From Nitrospirae bacterium MYbin3 (lineage in GTDB: Bacteria > Nitrospirota > Thermodesulfovibrionia > Thermodesulfovibrionales > Dissulfurispiraceae), in contig PEAD01000032.1 in NCBI GenBank assembly GCA_002753335.1, forward strand, positions 1 to 32,413: DNA of 32,413 nucleotides. The letters are read 5' to 3'. Below, piece after piece: positions 30,440 to 32,413 of this stretch. Within the stretch, counting starts at the first letter, position 1. Every line of letters starts with the position of its first letter. The translations under genes and the position numbers were made by a program. The notes beneath the pieces are model-generated. The model was not told the DNA's origin and did no database searches. It saw only the letters and a list, made by a program, of their open reading frames with translations.

Positions 30440-30462
30440 TTTTTTTCTTCAACTAAAGAATC

Positions 30463-30498
30463 AATATAAAGGGGTCTTTCATGACCCCTTTATATTTT
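30463..30498 (+). terminator. Intrinsic terminator
   Basis: Perfect 14-bp stem AATATAAAGGGGTC-tttcat-GACCCCTTTATATT with a T-rich 3' side. Confidence 0.85.
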
Positions 30499-30538
30499 CA
30501 GCCTTTATATTGAGTTCTGGTTTGTGCAATAATACACG

Positions 30539-32269
30539 ATGTTTTTCCTAAAGACACTCATTCTGCTTTTGCTTTCTTTGTCCCTTGCTTCGTGTTCGTC
30601 ATTTTCAAAGTGGCGTACTAGCGAAAATGACTCTAAGGTTTCGATTGCGGAGACTGAGAACGAAGCTTCGTACTACGAATATCTGCGCGGCTACGAATCA
30701 GAAATGAAAGGCAAATGGGGCGAAGCTCTTATTCATTACTCTGAAGCTGCCAAGCATGATGAAAAGTCCGCCTACCTTAAAACACAGATGGCCCGTATGC
30801 TTGTTAAAACGGGAAAGGTTCCTGATGCTGTTGCTATGCTTGAAGATGTTGTAAAAACAAACGCTAATGCAGTTGATGCACTGATATTATTAGGTGAACT
30901 TTATAATACTCAGCGCCGTGTGGACGATGCCATTGGTATTTATGAAAGAGTTATTAAACTCGCTCCTGCAAAGGATGAGGCGATGCTTATGCTCGGCGTT
31001 CTTTATGCAACGAAAGGTGATATCAAAAAAGCACAGTCTTTTCTAAATGTTCTGATAGAAAAAGATCCTGAAAGTGTACTGCCTATATATTATATGGGAA
31101 CAATACACCTTGAGACCAAAAATTACGAAAAGGCCGAAGAGTTTTTCAGTAAAGCGATAACGATACAGCCTAATTTTGACTCAGCCCATATGAGTTTAGG
31201 TTTATTGAAAGAGATAAAAGGCGATCTTGAAGAAGCTGAAAAAAACTATAAAAAAGCTCTGGATATTAATCCTTACAATTTATATGCGAGAGAAAGGCTT
31301 ACACAGCTTTATCTGTCAGAAAAATCATTCGGCAAGGCCATAGCCGAACTTGAACAAATACTAAAATCGATGCCCAAAAACCTTGAAGTGCATCAACGTC
31401 TGGGGCTGCTTTACCTGCAGGAGAAGCAGTATGACAAAGCTATTTTAGAGTTCAAGATGGTGATTGAGGCAAGGCCTAATGATATTGCATCTAGGTACTA
31501 CCTGTCGCTTGTGCTTAGCGAACTGAAAAGATATGAGGAAGCCGAAGCTGAACTTAAACATATAATTTCTATAGACCCCAAAAATACCAACGCATTTTTA
31601 AATCTTGCACTAATTTATACAGGACAGAAGCGCTATGATGACGCTGCAAAAGTTTACGAAGAAATAATCAGCTATGAAAAACAAAAAAACGAGATCTATG
31701 CTTATTTAGGAAACATCTATATCCAGGCAAAGAATTACAAAAAAGCAGAAGAGGTGCTAACAGACGCGCTAAAACGGTTTGGAGATACCGATGAACTGCT
31801 GTTTAATCTGTCGGTAGTCTGCGAAAAAACGTCAAGGTTTGACCAAATGGTTGCGTATCTAAAGAAAACCATAGAGATAAACCCTAAGCATGCGGACGCA
31901 CTTAATTATTTGGGATACAGTTATGCAGACAAAGGCATACTTTTGGATGAAGCCCTGTCTCTTATTCAACGGGCGCTCGAGCTGAAACCTGACAGCGGTT
32001 ATATAATTGACAGTCTAGGGTGGACGTATTTCAAGCTTGGCAAGAATGAGGAGGCTCTCAAGTTATTGTTAAGGGCTCTTGAATTTGTTAAGGACGACCC
32101 TGTTCTGCATGAGCATGTAGGAGATGTTTACGAAGCTTCAGGCAAGCATAAAGAGGCTATTGAGCAATGGAATGAGTCATTGAAATACCATGAAAAAGAA
32201 GAAGGTCTCAAAGATAGGGTTGAAAAGAAAATAGAATCCGCGAGGCGTACAATAGAGCAGGTAAAATGA
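30539..32269 (+). CDS. Multi-TPR lipoprotein
   Basis: Lipobox LAS-C; many TPR units; ALNYLGYSYAD and YIIDSLGW.YFK motifs typical of the TPR protein found upstream of ispE. Confidence 0.9.
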   Translation: MFFLKTLILLLLSLSLASCSSFSKWRTSENDSKVSIAETENEASYYEYLRGYESEMKGKWGEALIHYSEAAKHDEKSAYLKTQMARMLVKTGKVPDAVAMLEDVVKTNANAVDALILLGELYNTQRRVDDAIGIYERVIKLAPAKDEAMLMLGVLYATKGDIKKAQSFLNVLIEKDPESVLPIYYMGTIHLETKNYEKAEEFFSKAITIQPNFDSAHMSLGLLKEIKGDLEEAEKNYKKALDINPYNLYARERLTQLYLSEKSFGKAIAELEQILKSMPKNLEVHQRLGLLYLQEKQYDKAILEFKMVIEARPNDIASRYYLSLVLSELKRYEEAEAELKHIISIDPKNTNAFLNLALIYTGQKRYDDAAKVYEEIISYEKQKNEIYAYLGNIYIQAKNYKKAEEVLTDALKRFGDTDELLFNLSVVCEKTSRFDQMVAYLKKTIEINPKHADALNYLGYSYADKGILLDEALSLIQRALELKPDSGYIIDSLGWTYFKLGKNEEALKLLLRALEFVKDDPVLHEHVGDVYEASGKHKEAIEQWNESLKYHEKEEGLKDRVEKKIESARRTIEQVK

Positions 32270-32270
32270 T

Positions 32271-32413
32271 ATGTGCTCTTCGGCTCACTGCTGCTTTGAA
32301 GTATCTGTTCATGACGCTGTCTTAAAAATCAGAACCCCTGCCAAGATTAACTGGTCTCTATATGTTTTGGACAAACGGCCGGATCGCTTTCATAATATTT
32401 CTTCTCTGATGCA
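32271..32413 (+). CDS. ispE: 4-(cytidine 5'-diphospho)-2-C-methyl-D-erythritol kinase, N-terminal fragment (window edge)
   Basis: Frame reads ...LKIRTPAKINWSLYVLDKRPDRFHNISSLM, matching the IspE PAKIN..L.V...R.D..H motif; the only in-frame ATG before the motif is 32271. Confidence 0.85.
   Translation, partial: MCSSAHCCFEVSVHDAVLKIRTPAKINWSLYVLDKRPDRFHNISSLM

Noticed and set aside
30539..32269. TPR lipoprotein as part of the rSAM/peptide system
   Set aside because: It is separated by a strong terminator, and TPR-ispE adjacency is a common housekeeping arrangement.

Overview
A gene-dense bacterial chromosomal segment made up mostly of core genes. Gene content and style suggest an anaerobic Gram-negative organism such as a Thermodesulfovibrionia-type Nitrospirota or a Desulfobacterota; this is inference only. 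In order: 3' end of glgB, tatBC, ychF, a BaiN/YhiN flavoprotein, a membrane-anchored multiheme cytochrome c, rodZ, fabF, a DRE-TIM aldolase-like enzyme, hpt, addB-like and addA-like genes separated by two lipoprotein genes, SprA-related, SPFH and TVP38 genes, bioB, tRNA-Gly(CCC), a large hybrid sensor kinase, ilvD, DUF465, PIN-PhoH, HDOD, a radical SAM/SPASM enzyme, a TPR lipoprotein and the start of ispE. The best candidate for an undescribed system is a minimal RiPP-like locus. A radical SAM/SPASM enzyme with an RRE-like N-terminus (29173-30327) is followed by a 20-codon ORF missing from the ORF track (30377-30439, MTIKKVSKKGSTTCKCKGSC). That ORF has a strong RBS, a sigma54-like promoter and a perfect 14-bp terminator. 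The second highlight is an in-frame 72-bp insertion in addA, built from a perfect 64-bp inverted copy of an upstream part of the same gene plus a 20-bp direct repeat; it is either a template switch or a chimera artefact. Other signals are a probable ATT start codon, several apparently leaderless genes, a sigma28 promoter and a 5'-leader terminator.
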